Of a stretch of DNA of 64,000 nt, positions 40,487-54,289 are shown piece after piece. Below the pieces are notes generated by a model. The model did not search any database. It was not told where the DNA came from and was given only the letters and a program-made list of their open reading frames with translations. Each line of letters starts with the position of its first letter. Position 1 is the first letter of the stretch. Where the stretch lies: the NCBI RefSeq assembly GCF_000497125.1, contig NC_090602.1, positions 1,488,001 to 1,552,000 of the forward strand, in the 5' to 3' direction. The DNA comes from Spironucleus salmonicida. Its lineage: Eukaryota. A program made the position numbers and the translations under genes.

Positions 40487-42736
40487 ATGGACTGGGCAGT
40501 TATACCAGATATTTAATTTTCAATTCAATCTGGATACTTTACATAGTTAACACTTAATCATAAATCTTTAAAGCTGCCGGCAAATGCTTACTATTTATAT
40601 CGAATAAAAGTTACACGACGAAATTAGACTATATTCTATTAATCTTTTTCTTATCATCAAAATTTTATATTTCCAACTTATATTAATGATAATTATGAAA
40701 TTACAATTACAAGTAGAATATTTTTTAATAGTTTGAGTCAATTGAATCTAGAGGTTTTAAAAAAATCTTCAGATGCGGCAAGTTTAATTCTAGAGAATGG
40801 ATGTAGAGAAATACAAAATGGTGTTATGAAAGATTTTATTTAATGCGCGAATAGCGATTAAATTGTTGCTGAATGTTGTCAGTATGCAGTTGGTATTTAT
40901 TAACATTAAAAAAAATTATTACCCCTAAACAGCTATGAATTTATAGACATCGATTAAGCTAAAATTGTATTTCTGTCCTGCTAGATTTATTTTTCAAATA
41001 TTAAAAAAATTAATTTTGAAGTTACTAATTAAATGTGTATTGATTCTAATTTAAAAAGTACAGGATTATATGGGTTGTATATTTATTGCTTAGAAGATGA
41101 TAATTTATCTAAATAACGAATTAAATTGTAATTAAGCGACGAAAAAGATTTTCAATATACAATATATTCAAAGATATATCAGCAGAATATTTGTATTGTT
41201 CCTGGGTTGAGTTCTGGATCAAGAATTTGTGCATAAACTTAAGGTAATACTGGAAAACCATAGATTCTTAGAGACCAGGATAGCTATACTATTTTTTAAA
41301 AGACGTATAAAATTAAAACTAGCCTACTTAATCCATAAAGTATAATAGGAAAAGAGTTTAATACAGCATTTATCATTTTTAATTAAGAATTATAATTATG
41401 CTAGGGAATAACTGGGTCAGGGAAAATAAATTTTGAAGTTCCATTATATTAAAATTCATTAAAACAAAATGTAATAAATAAAAATGATTAAATATTGATA
41501 AATTTATTCAAATTACCGGAATTTTATAGAGCCATTTAACATAATTTAATATTAAAAAAACCATGCATTAACTTAATATTTTATATTTCATTTGGTCTTA
41601 ATTATGTTATTTATCAAAATTAATCAAAATTTTAAGATTCATTATTTAGTACAAAGTAATCTCGAAGCTAAGTTTAAATTAATAAGTATGTAAAGAAAAA
41701 TATATTGTAGGAACGCATGTCCTTTGGTTTAATGAATCATTTAGGCTATATTGTTTTACATTACGATCTTATTTAGATTATTTCCTAATTAAAAATTTAA
41801 AATATTAGTATATAAATTACATCAATCATAGATGGTGTTGTTTTTTGTTAGGAAGATTAATACTACTTTACAATTTTAGTACAGTCTATCCTAGATGAAG
41901 TGTAAACATTTGCAATTTTAACAATTTTATTCACTGGGGATTTAATTAATATTTTTCCTTTGGATTTAAATAAGTTATATAATACTTAATTATATAATGA
42001 TAGTTAATAACTAATATCTATCTAACAATATAAATTAAATTGTATACTTTTAGTATTTCAACATCATGTGTCTTGTTTTAATACATTAACAGGTTAAATT
42101 ATTTTTACAATATCAAATAAGTCATCTTAAATTAAGTCAAATTATTAGATATCAATTTCAAACAGAATTTTCTCTTCTAATACTAAAGGACAGTAAGATC
42201 CACACGAGGTAATCTTGTTAACATCTGAATTTTTACCAACTTCATAAACAGAAGAATCTGATGAAATAGTAGTTACACCAGACAATATTGATAATATAGA
42301 GAGTTCAACTATAAATTAACATTATGCACCACAGTATATGCCATTAAAAATAGATTAATTAGAAAAGAAAGTTATCGTTTAAAACTCAGAACTTGGAGAG
42401 ATTATGGACTGTAGAATTTTTGAGTTCCGCAAGATTGAATTTGTATATTTTCTATAGCGTAAGAAGAATGGTATTTTTGGAATATGGATGAGTAAGAATG
42501 ATGAAAGGTTGGTTGTGGTAGGCGTTCAGAAAATCAGTTAATTCGGGATTACTGGTTAATTAATATAATAAGTAGATAGCGTATTTTTTATTGTATAAAC
42601 TGAGTCTCAGACAATATTGAGGGAGTTTGGTTTATTTGGTGAGGCAAGGCGCAGTATGCTCATTGATAAGATTGTGTATGGAATCGAGTTTAGTTATGGT
42701 CTCGAAGGGAAAGTTTATAAAAATGATTTTAGATGA
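40487..42736 (+). CDS. Hypothetical protein (749 aa)
   Basis: Continuous frame under table 6. Confidence 0.8.
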
Positions 42737-42782
42737 TTTTATATTATGAAAACATATATTTATTTAGGTTCAATTTTAATTT

Positions 42783-42790
42783 TCACTCCA
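42783..42790 (+). promoter_or_regulatory. C-rich element TCACTCCA upstream of RPS13
   Basis: 8 nt before the ATG. Confidence 0.65.
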
Positions 42791-42798
42791 CTTGTCCA

Positions 42799-43263
42799 AT
42801 GGCTCGCCAATATTCCAAAGGTAAAGGTATCGCTCGTTCCCTCATTCCCTCTGTCCGCAGAGCACCAGCTTTCTAGAAAGCTACCCCTGAATTTGTCGCC
42901 CAGACCATCTGCAGTCTAGCTAAAAAAGGTCATATGCCTTCTAAGATTGGTATGGTTCTCCGTGACCAGTTTGCTATCGGTAGAACCGAGCATATCACTC
43001 ATGCTGCTATTACCCGTATCCTCCGTGCTAATGGTCTTGCTCCTGAGCTCCCAGAAGATCTCTATTGCCTCATCCGTAAGGCTGTTGCTATCAGAAAACA
43101 TCTTGAACGTAATCCCCGTGATGTTTCTACCAAATATCATTTGATCCTTATAGAATCTAGAATCCACAGAATATCTCGTTATTATAGATCTACTCGTTCT
43201 CTTCCTCCCACCTTCCGCTATAAGCCTGCTAATGCTGCTGCTCTCCTTGCCACTTTCGCGTGA
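42799..43263 (+). CDS. RPS13: 40S ribosomal protein S13 (uS15), 154 aa
   Basis: MARQYSKGKGIARS...PSKIGMVLRD...LAPELPEDLY...KYHLILIESRIHRISRYY; one in-frame TAG read as Gln. Confidence 0.98.
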
Positions 43264-43525
43264 TTTAATTTTTCGTTTGAAGCATAGATGTAGTGTTATA
43301 CTAGTCTAACGCAAATACAAGATGTTATTTGGGAACAAATACCTTGTGCAACGATAGAGCTATTACTAAAGCTCTTTCACATTTCTTATATATCTATAAT
43401 TTATTCTTTATTATTTGAGTAATTATGCAAACTGTATTCTTTTATAATATTTCTATATCTCTAAAATCTCCATATTTTAAACAACATTATATTATATAAT
43501 AATATAGCCGTAACTAAATTTTAAA

Positions 43526-43999
43526 ATGCGCTCATCCTCAAGATCATAGTCTCCATTCTTAAAATCAATATTAGAAAAACCTAAACCTCTAATAACGAAT
43601 AGCTTAAAGCTATCAGAGTTAAAGCATGAAACTGATAACAAACTAAATACAATTTATTAACAATTTGGTTCTCTTTAAAGCAGACGTTCATAACCATAAA
43701 AACCAGCTAATAGTCAATAAAAATAACTATAAAATTATGATAAGATATCCTAACAAGCTATAGAAAATTTAGAAAAATCAATAACATAAGTAGAAAAATT
43801 GAAGTCAACAAATACTGGCTATGAAAGTTAAATTAGTTAATTATCAGCTGAATTAAAATATAGCTAAATAACTATTTCATAATAAAATAATCTTATTTAG
43901 AAATTATCTCATTAATTAGCAGAGAAAGAAAGATAATCTGCTTAAGAAAGATTGACCCTTCAAGCTGAAATTACAATGCTGAAATAAAGAAACTAATGA
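43526..43999 (+). CDS. Small coiled-coil protein (157 aa)
   Basis: Open frame; heptad-like C-terminal half. Confidence 0.7.
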
Positions 44000-44004
44000 G
44001 TAAT

Positions 44005-47000
44005 TCACATTTATCCTTCGTATATATCACCATTTGAATATATCATTTTTCCGTGATATGGTTTTCCCTCTATAAATTATCCTTAGAATACATCCCCGTT
44101 TAAGTATTTTTAAACACCAACTCCATTTTATTTATTTAGTTTAAATTAACCTGAATATTAATACTCTTTCAGCTTAACAACTCCAATTCCATGAAATTTT
44201 CCTTAGATAAACTAACCTTTATAACTAAAATTATTACATTTGAGAACTCCATTCCCATTAAATTTTCCGTTTATTGTTCTTCCAGTATATTACATAGTGT
44301 CATTAATACAATATTATCCACGAAGGTCTGTATCACCATCAAATTATATTTTACTTGTTTTTATAGATAATGAGGTATTGTTTACGGAAATCGTTAACTG
44401 GTTGCTAATATAATTAAAATTTTAATTATCGTAGTTTATTTCATATGAAATATCTTCAAATTCATAGCTCCAAATGTTTATTTGCGTATCATTCTAAAAT
44501 TACCCTTGGCCTTTCATTTGCAATGGCTGAATAATATTTTGGGGTATTAAATTGTCAAATTACTATAAAAATTTAGTTATATTAGAAAATTTTATATTTT
44601 CTAATGATGATCCGATATTTTAGAGGACACCTTAAATAAATGTACCATAGTACATATTATTATCTCTTTTTAATGTACCAAAATCAGAAGGTTATCCTTA
44701 ACATATTTTACCTGTAAACACTTTATCAGGGTAATCAATGGTTCCAAACAATAATTTTTCCTTATATGTTCGTAAAAAGTATTAGTCTAGTATATCTGGC
44801 ACAGATTCTATTATATATGTGACATTGTTGCCATTAATTGATCCACAACCAAATTCATAATTATTCTTGTAAAACCCCTAAAATATGTTTCCATTAGAGT
44901 ATTATATCTTGCAAATCCCAATTGGATTAAGTGTTTGATCAAATGTTCCGGTTATAAGATATCCATTTTGTAGTTATAATTCACCTGTTGTAGGTTAAGC
45001 AAGATGATTTAAGATACCATTAAACGAATAATTTTATCTTATAATTTTGCCTCTATATGGAAGCTCATTTATAAACATTCCTTCAAAATTGAATTCTGGT
45101 GTTGTCAGAGAGCCATATTATCCAATTTTTATATCTTATGTTATAAATCCAAAATACTAAGAATCAGAATTTAAATAATGGATCTATGATTTAAAATTTT
45201 CGTCTATTTTTTAATCTTTTATTAACATTTAAGTAAGAGTTTTAGTATTCATTGTACTATTTATAAGCTCAACTTTATAGTAATTATTTGAAATATAAAT
45301 ATACACGCTATTATCCTGATTTGAAGCTTTTAAATTCATATTATTCACGAATTCACCATCTATCAGAACTTAATCATTTTCATTAAATTTTAAAGCGATT
45401 AATAATTTATTGATAGAAGATTTCTTAAGAGAACCTTAAAAAGTACCTTTAACCAGACTATTATTGTCTATATCTCCATTTATTGTATAGTCAACGAATT
45501 TTATTTCTCCAGAAACAAAATTCCCTTAGTCAAATACTCCAGTAGAAATTTAAGAAAGTTTAACATTATTATAAACAAAATAATCTTATTCCCAAGTGGA
45601 AATAGCGTTAATAAAAAGCTATCCGCTACCATGAATAACATCATACTTAAATTATCCAATATATGTAAATGCTGTGGTCGTTAATGAACCTTATCCATTT
45701 TTAAAACCACGATAAAAAAGACCTAGATAATGTGTTTCGTCAGTGTATGTTATATTTCCATTCCCATTAAATTCATTATCGTCAAAGTCACCTATGTAAA
45801 TATAATCTTCAGTTATTAAAGTACCACTTCCTTGTTTTATTCCATTAATAAAATCTCCTTCATACTTAATATTAGAATCTAAAATATTTACCATTTCAAA
45901 CCGACCAGTAATTTAAGTACCAAACTAGAAGTTACCTTTATACTTTGTTTTGGTAGCATGATCTTCCAGCTCACCTTGGCCTTTAATAATACCATTATCA
46001 AACATACCAATAAAAGTATAATCTGTTGTTTTCAGTACACCGTCTCCGTGATATAAATTATTAGATAGCTGACCCTAATATGATTCAGAACCTTTTAATA
46101 ATATTGCTAATTGTTCAGCTCCTTGGTATTACTATTATTAGCCAAATTTTTTAATAGCACCTAATTAATTTAGAGAGAAATGAACATCTTTAAACCTTAA
46201 CTGATCACCTTGTCCAAAATTACCTTATAATATCATATCACCCTATAATATTTAACCTTTTATAAAAATATTATTTTAGAAGAGTCCATCAAATCGCACA
46301 TCTGCAAATTACCAAATACCTTCATATTTTTCATTATTGATATAGTTTCCAGTAAATATCGAATTTTCATAAGTGACTATTGCTTAACCTTAAAGCTGAT
46401 CATTTACGAACTAGCCTTATATTTATACTACATTATTTCTTTCCATAAAGAAATCAATAGGGAACTTATACTTAACTACACATTTACCATTAAATGAAAC
46501 AGAATCATAAAACCCAGTAACAATCTTCTATTAATCTTCATAAACACCTTAACCAATGATTTTCAGATTATAAATTTCACCTATATACTTGAATTCAGGT
46601 GTTTTCAGATAGTTTTTATTAAACTTAATAGCTTAGTTGTAAAATAACACAATGCTACCATTCTAAGCTCTTTCAATATTATATTCATCCCCATTATATA
46701 CAAGAATTTCATGTTATTCATCTTTAAAATACCCTATATTATTCCATTTAAGGCGTAAGGACTGAACGGTTCCTTAGAAACAACTAAACTCCACATTGAA
46801 ATATTTAAATTAAATATTCGAAATTCCTGTGATAAAATTATCTTTATAAACTCCTGAAAATGTTAAGTCATCAGCAGCAACAATAAAATCGCCTTATTTC
46901 AATCCGTCTTTAAACGTTCCATTTACATTTATCTTATATAAATCATTATTATATTAAATGTTACATTTTCCTTCTAATTTACCATTTTAAATAGCTCCTT

Positions 47001-47937
47001 AAATTTCTAATTGTTTAAATACAATATTACCAATATACATACCACTACGCTAGGTTCCTTCAAAAACTACTCCATTTTCAAAAATAAATTTTCCATTAAA
47101 TGGTAAATCTGAGTAGAATTCCCCCTCAAAAGATTTAATTTTTCCATTAAATTCGAAGAAAAAATCCACATCAAAAGGTGTAATAATTGATAGGTCAGGT
47201 ACATCAAATAAAGGTGAAATCTCATGTAAAATTTATGGGAGAGCTACCTCAATATTTTGAGAAATAAAAGGGTCTATAACAGTTATTAAAGGTATCTTAT
47301 ATGTTAATTAACCATACTAGAACATATTATTTATACAAGTACCATTAAATGTATAATATTAGGTGGAAATTTTGCAATCATCATGCAAGGAAAAATCAGG
47401 ATTTATACCGATATTACATTCTATTAAATATTTTATATCATTTAACTGGAGGTTCCAAGGAGAAACAGTAAAATCGATCTCAAATTCTGTATTCTTTGGA
47501 ATAAATAATTAATTTTTAAGAGTAAGGTCGCTATGAAATACAAAGCACCCAGCAGTGAATTAATTGGACGTGATAGCTCCTAAAAAATCAAAATGCAACG
47601 TTTACAACCTACTTGGACCATTTATATCGGCATTATTGAAAACAGCCTCAATCGAAATAATTTCATTGAATTCAAATAGTAAAAGAGCGTTGAATTATAT
47701 AAGCTATTTTTTAGTTTTTAATTTACCTTACCCATGAAAATTTGAATTAGAAAATTATCCAACATAAACGAATGCATCAGTTTCTAATGTACCAAAACCG
47801 TGATAATTGTCATTTTCAAAATTTCCGATATAATTAGATGTGCAAGTTGTATATGTTCCTTCGCCATGCTTTGTACGATCTAGAAGTTAACCAATATATA
47901 TGGAACCATCTGGGTATGTGAGTTTGCCTTACTTCAT
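44005..47937 (-). CDS. Large MORN-repeat protein (1310 aa)
   Basis: Repeated YxGxF...GxG units from the first residues (GKLTYPDGSIYIGQL...KHGEG); includes track ORF 45691-45894. Confidence 0.9.
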
Positions 47938-47976
47938 TTTTCTGATAATCTTATAATTAAAACATAATATAGTAAA

Positions 47977-48939
47977 TCACAAATCGGTTGAATCTAAAGT
48001 GTCTCGTCTCATAGATTAATGGACTACAGAATTTTAAAATATGCTTATTTACTTTAGCTATTCTTTAGCTAGTAGTTTTTACTACAAGTATTTTCGTCGA
48101 TATTAATTATTTCTAGCTTAAAACTCCAGTTTAACATGTTATATTTAAGTATTTGCGTTGACTAATTTTATTTTCAGCTACTAAATGTTACTTTCAATAT
48201 CATTGGCTTTTGACAATTTGAATATTATGATTTAATTCTTTATATCGGAAAACAAATCATTAAATTGTTCTATTTATTAGTTTTTATGCGTTATTTCATT
48301 TTTCAAATTTTCGATTTACAACGAGTATTCCTAGATATTTTCATATTATTGTTTTACAGTAGTATCTTTTTGGTCCAATTTATTTTAAATTGACTAAAGA
48401 TTTACCGAAATTTCCTACTTTTCGGAGATTTTTGAATTAAGATATTCCATTTATGACAATAATTATTTTTATTCAGTTATAAGTTCTTTTATTATTTAGT
48501 CCTTCTTACTATTGCGAGTTTTATTATCCTTTACTAATCTATATAACTACTTTTAAAGGATTTCAGTCTATTTTTCTTAAGCAGACTAATATTCTAATAA
48601 TTATGATTAGGAAAGTATTTCCAAATCTGTAATTTTCTGTTTTAAAAACTACACATTGGTTTAATATTTGTTAATAGCTTTTTGTTGATCTTTAATTTCA
48701 TTCTCCTTAAACGCTATAGTTTTAACATACTATTATAATTACTACGAGAGATCAAAAATCAAGGTGTCATTATTAAGAATAGTTTCTCTTGACTTTTTTA
48801 GATCGTCATACAACTTTAAATTTTCGGATTCTAATAATCTTAACTATTAATCTTGATGTGAAACTTTATGAATAAGAGACTATGTATCTATGCTATTCCT
48901 ATGAATTAATTAGTTAATTTAGTTTTGATCAAAATCCAT
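47977..48939 (-). CDS. Coiled-coil protein (320 aa)
   Basis: Open frame, Q/K/L/I-rich heptads. Confidence 0.75.
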
Positions 48940-49703
48940 TTCACTATTTATTCTATATGATAGATAATATTTATATTTAGATATATTATTTTTAAATATA
49001 ATAATTTACAAGTTTTATAATTATTGAATCAGACATAATACAAACTTCCAACTATCACTTATATTCACTATGTTCAAAAGACTTAGTTAACAATTTTTGA
49101 ATTAGTAAGGTACTTATTACTTATGAGTTATCTGAATAACTAGAAGCTTATTAATTGGAGCACACATACACTCCCGACATATAACTCCTATTTACTTAAC
49201 AAGTCAACTTATAATTTTAATGAGAGTGTCATGGCAAGAATTTTAATTAAAATATGTCGTATTTGATGGTATTATAATACTTATTTCGTATTCTACCATG
49301 ATTAGAATTTAAGATTGATGCCAATACGGATTTAATTGACATCCTAAATTATAAACTATAGTCATTACAATGCATACATTAATAATATAAAAGTTTATCT
49401 ATATTTTTTAATAATATCTAGAATTACTATACTTATCAGTATTATAAAATAAAATTAAACATATTAAATATTACTGAAATTTCATTTATCCTAAACTAAC
49501 TGAATAATAACTAGTCAATCCATTATATAAAAACTCTGCAGTTACGCCCAATTGCATCAATTTATAACAACAATTAATGAAATCTCAGTAAAAATATCAC
49601 AAAATAATATTTGACCAGCTTTACCACGCACACCAACAAGCAGCTACGCCGCCCATATAAAATTTTTTTTATTTCCCTAAAGTTGCCACCCTAAATATCA
49701 TCC

Positions 49704-51491
49704 TCAAACACTGGTGACCACCACATCGCTACCGCTGAAGAGCTTCGCCCGGTCGTTTTCGCAATGGAACCGGCAGCATTCTGCCGCAATGGCCCCTGCG
49801 GCGTTTCCGTCATTCAACTGTCCGTAAGCCTTTATCATCAGAAAATAGGCATTTTCTGAGGGCCAGATTTTAACTGCAATTTGCGCTAGCGAAATGGCCT
49901 GTGAAATGTCATTTTTGGTTAGCAAAAATTGGGCAAGCTGTGTGTAAATAGACGAGATTCTGATGGCTATGATGGGTCTAAATTCTGTCAAATTGAAGCT
50001 GCTAAGATGTGCAGTGCTCCGGAGTTTGAACACTTGAAAGTTGTACTCGAATTCTCGATTTTTGGGGTTAAAGTTTTAATTCTCGAAGTCGAAAACAGTT
50101 GTTAAAGGGTTAAAAGTATCAAGCAACATGTTATAAGTGTCCTAATTCCTATCAAATAGAAATAGAAAATTCATATTTTCTATATAATTATCGCTTGATA
50201 AAAGAAGATTTAAAGGGTTTATAACTTGCAATTTATAGAAATCGCGTGCAAAATCGACTTGCCCATCCATAAAGTAGTTATTTAGTTGTTTTTCAGTTAA
50301 ATTATCAAGTAGGAAGTAGATTTTTTAAACAACGCAGTAAATTGTAAAAGAAAGAAGCGAAAATTGCTTTTAAGCAGAAATATCACCAATAGTGATAAAC
50401 AACTTAATATGCTCGGTAATTGTAGATTTGAAGTCGTTAAAGTGCTAATTTTCCTGGACTTCTGAACGAAATTTAATTAATAGGCATTTAATATAGTCCA
50501 AAAAATCTTCAATTATTACTATATTAAGTATTTATACAATCTAAATTTCATTCTTTAACGTATAAATAAGTTACAAATTAACATTTTAATACCCAAGTTT
50601 TTCGTACCAAACACATTTTTGAAATGCAGGATTAGCAACTATTATCTGATATGTGCTAAGCGAGTATGAAATGAACGTTTCTACTAGATCTTATGCTTCC
50701 TAAAATACTGTTTTGAGACCAGAGTTTTCAGTTTCTTCAAAAATAGCATTTTGCACAGTTCGTAACAATTCTAAACTCAATAATGCGCCTTTGGCATGTA
50801 AATTAACGCTGGAAATCGTTGCTTTTCTTTCTATATTTCCAGTTGTAGAATCTCCTATCTCATTAATGTTTTTAATAATCTTAATAATGTAAATTAATTA
50901 GTGCATTTTTTCGCTTCTGAACTAGTATTTTCTATTTAAAGTAGACACACATTTCGCGGAAATAAAATTATGGACAAACACTGTTCTGTCGACGACTTTT
51001 CTAAATATTTCAGATGACTGATAATTCTTAGTACAGAACCCGGGTTCCTCACGAAATAGATTTTATATTTTATTGAAAAGTGTCGAAAAAGTTAGAATAA
51101 ATTGAGGTTCATTTAAGAGTGTTTTTTCAATAAAGGATGATTTATACACGTTCATTATTAAATTAAACAGTTCTAGATATTAAAGTGTTAAAATGACGGT
51201 TACTTACATTGATGTTCCAGCATTCTCCAAGGTAGCACGATGAGATGCATAGTCTGGTGAGTTAACAAATTAATCTAAAAGACGAAAGGCTTAACGGTAT
51301 TCGCGATTATGAATTAAAGACTTTAAATAAAGTTAAATTATTAGAATTGGAATTTTATTAGTTTCAGTGGTAGTAACAAAGTAGTCTAGAAGAGATATAG
51401 CTGTTGTATGATCACCTAGTGCTTAATATTATAGTGCTGTAAAAATAACAACCTATAGATCCTGAGGATCTTTGCGGAAGAGTTCTGACAT
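49704..51491 (-). CDS. TPR-like helical repeat protein (595 aa)
   Basis: Open frame; TPR-like segments at both ends (LAQFLL...QAISLAQIAVKIWPSENAYFLMIKAY); includes track ORF 49704-50033. Confidence 0.8.
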
Positions 51492-51593
51492 TTAACAGAA
51501 ATATATTTTAAAATACATAATAATGTATAAAATAGTATTCGTTAAATAAGTTATATAATTAATAATAAAAAATAATAGATAATTAGATAAAAA

Positions 51594-52016
51594 ATGCTAC
51601 CTAGGAGTTAGTATTATTAAGTGCAGAAGGAGCTTTTTGTTGAAATATATATTGCTGATTTAGATGCTAAAATAGAATAAATAAATTAAGCAACAATTAG
51701 AGTAGTTAGTTAAGGCAAATAATATATTTATGAATTATGCCATGATGCAAAGTTAAAAGAATTCAACTGTAAAAAGACAAAGATCGAGTTAACTTTTACT
51801 ACTGATAATACATTTAGTAGTCTTTTAAAGCAAAAACAATAGACTGATGATTTTGAAAAATATAAATAATTAGATAAGCTGGGAAACGAAGATGGAAGTA
51901 CAGATGTTATGGATTAGATAAGGGAAATTTACAAACACTCCGACGACAAAACCAAGGAATCAATGATGAAATCATGGCATGAGAGTTAAGGGAAAGTAAT
52001 TGCTAAAGATTGGTGA
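51594..52016 (+). CDS. SGT1: SGT1-like Hsp90 co-chaperone (CS + SGS domains, no TPR), 140 aa
   Basis: CS-like start SQYYQVQKELFVEIY...KIELTF; SGS motif IYKHSDDKTKESMMKSWHESQGKVIAKDW. Confidence 0.8.
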
Positions 52017-52302
52017 GGTTGGGGAATATTTATTTTCAACATAAGCTTTTGTTATTGTATATAATTTAAAATCATATTTCCCAATATTCGTCAAGTATTT
52101 ACCTAAAAACGGAACTTTTCTAATTTCAAAAAAAACTAGCAATGCACCAACTGGCTCACCACAACCACCGAATTAATTTCATTTACACTAATTTCGTCAT
52201 TCAACCCCAAAATGCGTCAAAATCGTTCCAGTACTATCCTTTCCACATTCAAACATACGTTAACTATATATTACTATAAGTTTGCTGAACTTTCCGCTAA
52301 AA

Positions 52303-53892
52303 ATGGACGACCTAATTACAACGATTGCTAAGAAGCGCCTGGGCGTTACAAACAAGTCGCTCAGGATCTTCAACACCTAAGAACCCTCGCGTGACCAGAT
52401 CCAGCAGCAGCTGGACACGGAAATCGCAAATATCAATTCCAACGGCATTTCGCCGTCAGAATTTCTCTATTTCAACAGCAACGAGAGCCTGCATCACCTG
52501 AAGCAGCACGAGCGCGACGTTAACTTCGACACGCTCACGCTCCTTTCGAACCGCTACCGACCCCCTACGACCGTTTTCAAGACGCAGTTCATCCAGCAGA
52601 ACCACCAGATGCTGCTCGGGAGGCAGCACGCGGAGAAGCAGCAGCGGCTCGTGCAGGTGCAGATCAAGCAGGCCTAGATCCACTCCCAGAAGCTCGAAAT
52701 TCAGTCCCAGAACTAGCTCCAAATCTCCGAGCGGAACCAGGCGCAGAAGTCGAACCACGCAAAGTGGCGTGAGAACCTAGAGTCGCAAATCGTGACGAAA
52801 ACGGACGCATTCGAGCGTAAAATCGAGGCGATGAAGCGCCGCGAGGATGAAATTCGGAGCGAAAAGATAGGTATTCTAAAAGAAGTAAGATCGATGTCTG
52901 TGGAGCGGTCGCGCGTCAATTTGCGGTCAAATCAGCGGAAACTGCGTGAAAAAGCGGATAATACGCTGCAAATGATGACCTACGAGGAGGAGCGCTACGC
53001 AATGCACCAGTAGCGTATGGCTGAGCACTTTGAGACCATGCGCGGCAAGAGCGAGGAGCTGGATGGGCTCATTAAGCAGAAGTAGGATAACAAGGAGATG
53101 CGATTTTAGAGCAATTACGACGCGAAAATCAAAGATGTGGATCGGCGTCTGAAGGGCTTTTAAGCCGCGTACGCCAAGATGGTAGTCGAAAAAGAGGAAT
53201 ACTTGAAGGAGAAGAATGAGGGTTAAAACAAGCAGTGGGAGGTAGTGTATAGCAATTACGAGAGCAAGACTAAATCGGATTTCTCGCAAAAGGACTAGCA
53301 GTGGCAGACGATGTTAAATACCAATTAGTAGCGTTATGAAAATTAGCAGAATTTATTTATGACGTAATTGGAGGAAAGCAAGGATGTTCATGATTTTAAA
53401 ATTCTCCTCGCGCGAACGAAAAAGTAGTAATATGATTCTCAAGACGAATACAATAGAGATATTTAGAGGATTATGCTTCAAAAGCGATTTGAGAAGGTTT
53501 AAGAAGTTATTGACTATAAAAATTAAATTTCCAATCAGAATAAGCAGTTAGTTATTAATGATACGTACTCGTCTAGCATGACACCTAGTTTGCATTCTCA
53601 AAGTCAGTTACGGACGTAGTAGTTCCCTCAGACTCAGAGGCCAGAAACCGCTATTAAAAGAGTTTCGAGCTCTTAACAAAAGCAAGTTGTTTTAGATAAA
53701 AATGATGTTGCTATGATTTTGTCAGAATTTGAAGTGCGGGAGACGGAAATGCGGAGAAAAATTGCAGCAGCTGATGTTTAGGAGAAGGTATTTTTATTGA
53801 AATAGCTGGCTGCAGAGCGAGACCAGATTACACTGATTTAACAGGAAATGAATAAGCAGACCTTGATGAGTTTGAGATAGGGGAAGAAGTGA
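52303..53892 (+). CDS. Coiled-coil protein, paralog C (529 aa)
   Basis: Open frame including track ORF 52792; motifs shared with paralogs A and B; GC-rich 5' half. Confidence 0.85.
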
Positions 53893-54289
53893 AAGTATAA
53901 TAGTGATAAATGTTTTTATTTACGGAATAATAAAGTTTGAAAATTGAAACTATAAAAATATATTTATTATCAGATAAATTATTTAGGTTTATATTTTAAG
54001 TAAAAATAGATGATAAACGAAAATATTTAGTTACTATACATTGTATTAATAACATTTTACTGCTAGAATTTTACCAATACGCTTAATTTTAGTTTTATCG
54101 GAATTTAGCGGCAATTTTTTATAACTATAATGATATAATATAATTAATTATATTTTGTTGAATATCGAGTTTGACTTTATAAAATAGATTATATATATAA
54201 ATATCATTTTATACTGTAAATATCGTTACATTCTACACCTTATTATATCCATTAATTATCAATATCTAATTTTTAGTTTAACTTCTATA

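Noticed and set aside
49597-49656. 19-codon minus-strand ORF MGGVAACWC... as a lipidated peptide or selenoprotein by TGA read-through
   Set aside because: Two nearby in-frame TGAs, no recognisable SECIS and no selenoprotein motif.
49675-49694. Two CCCTAA telomere-like hexamers
   Set aside because: Isolated copies in a G-rich 3' flank of the TPR gene; not a tandem array.
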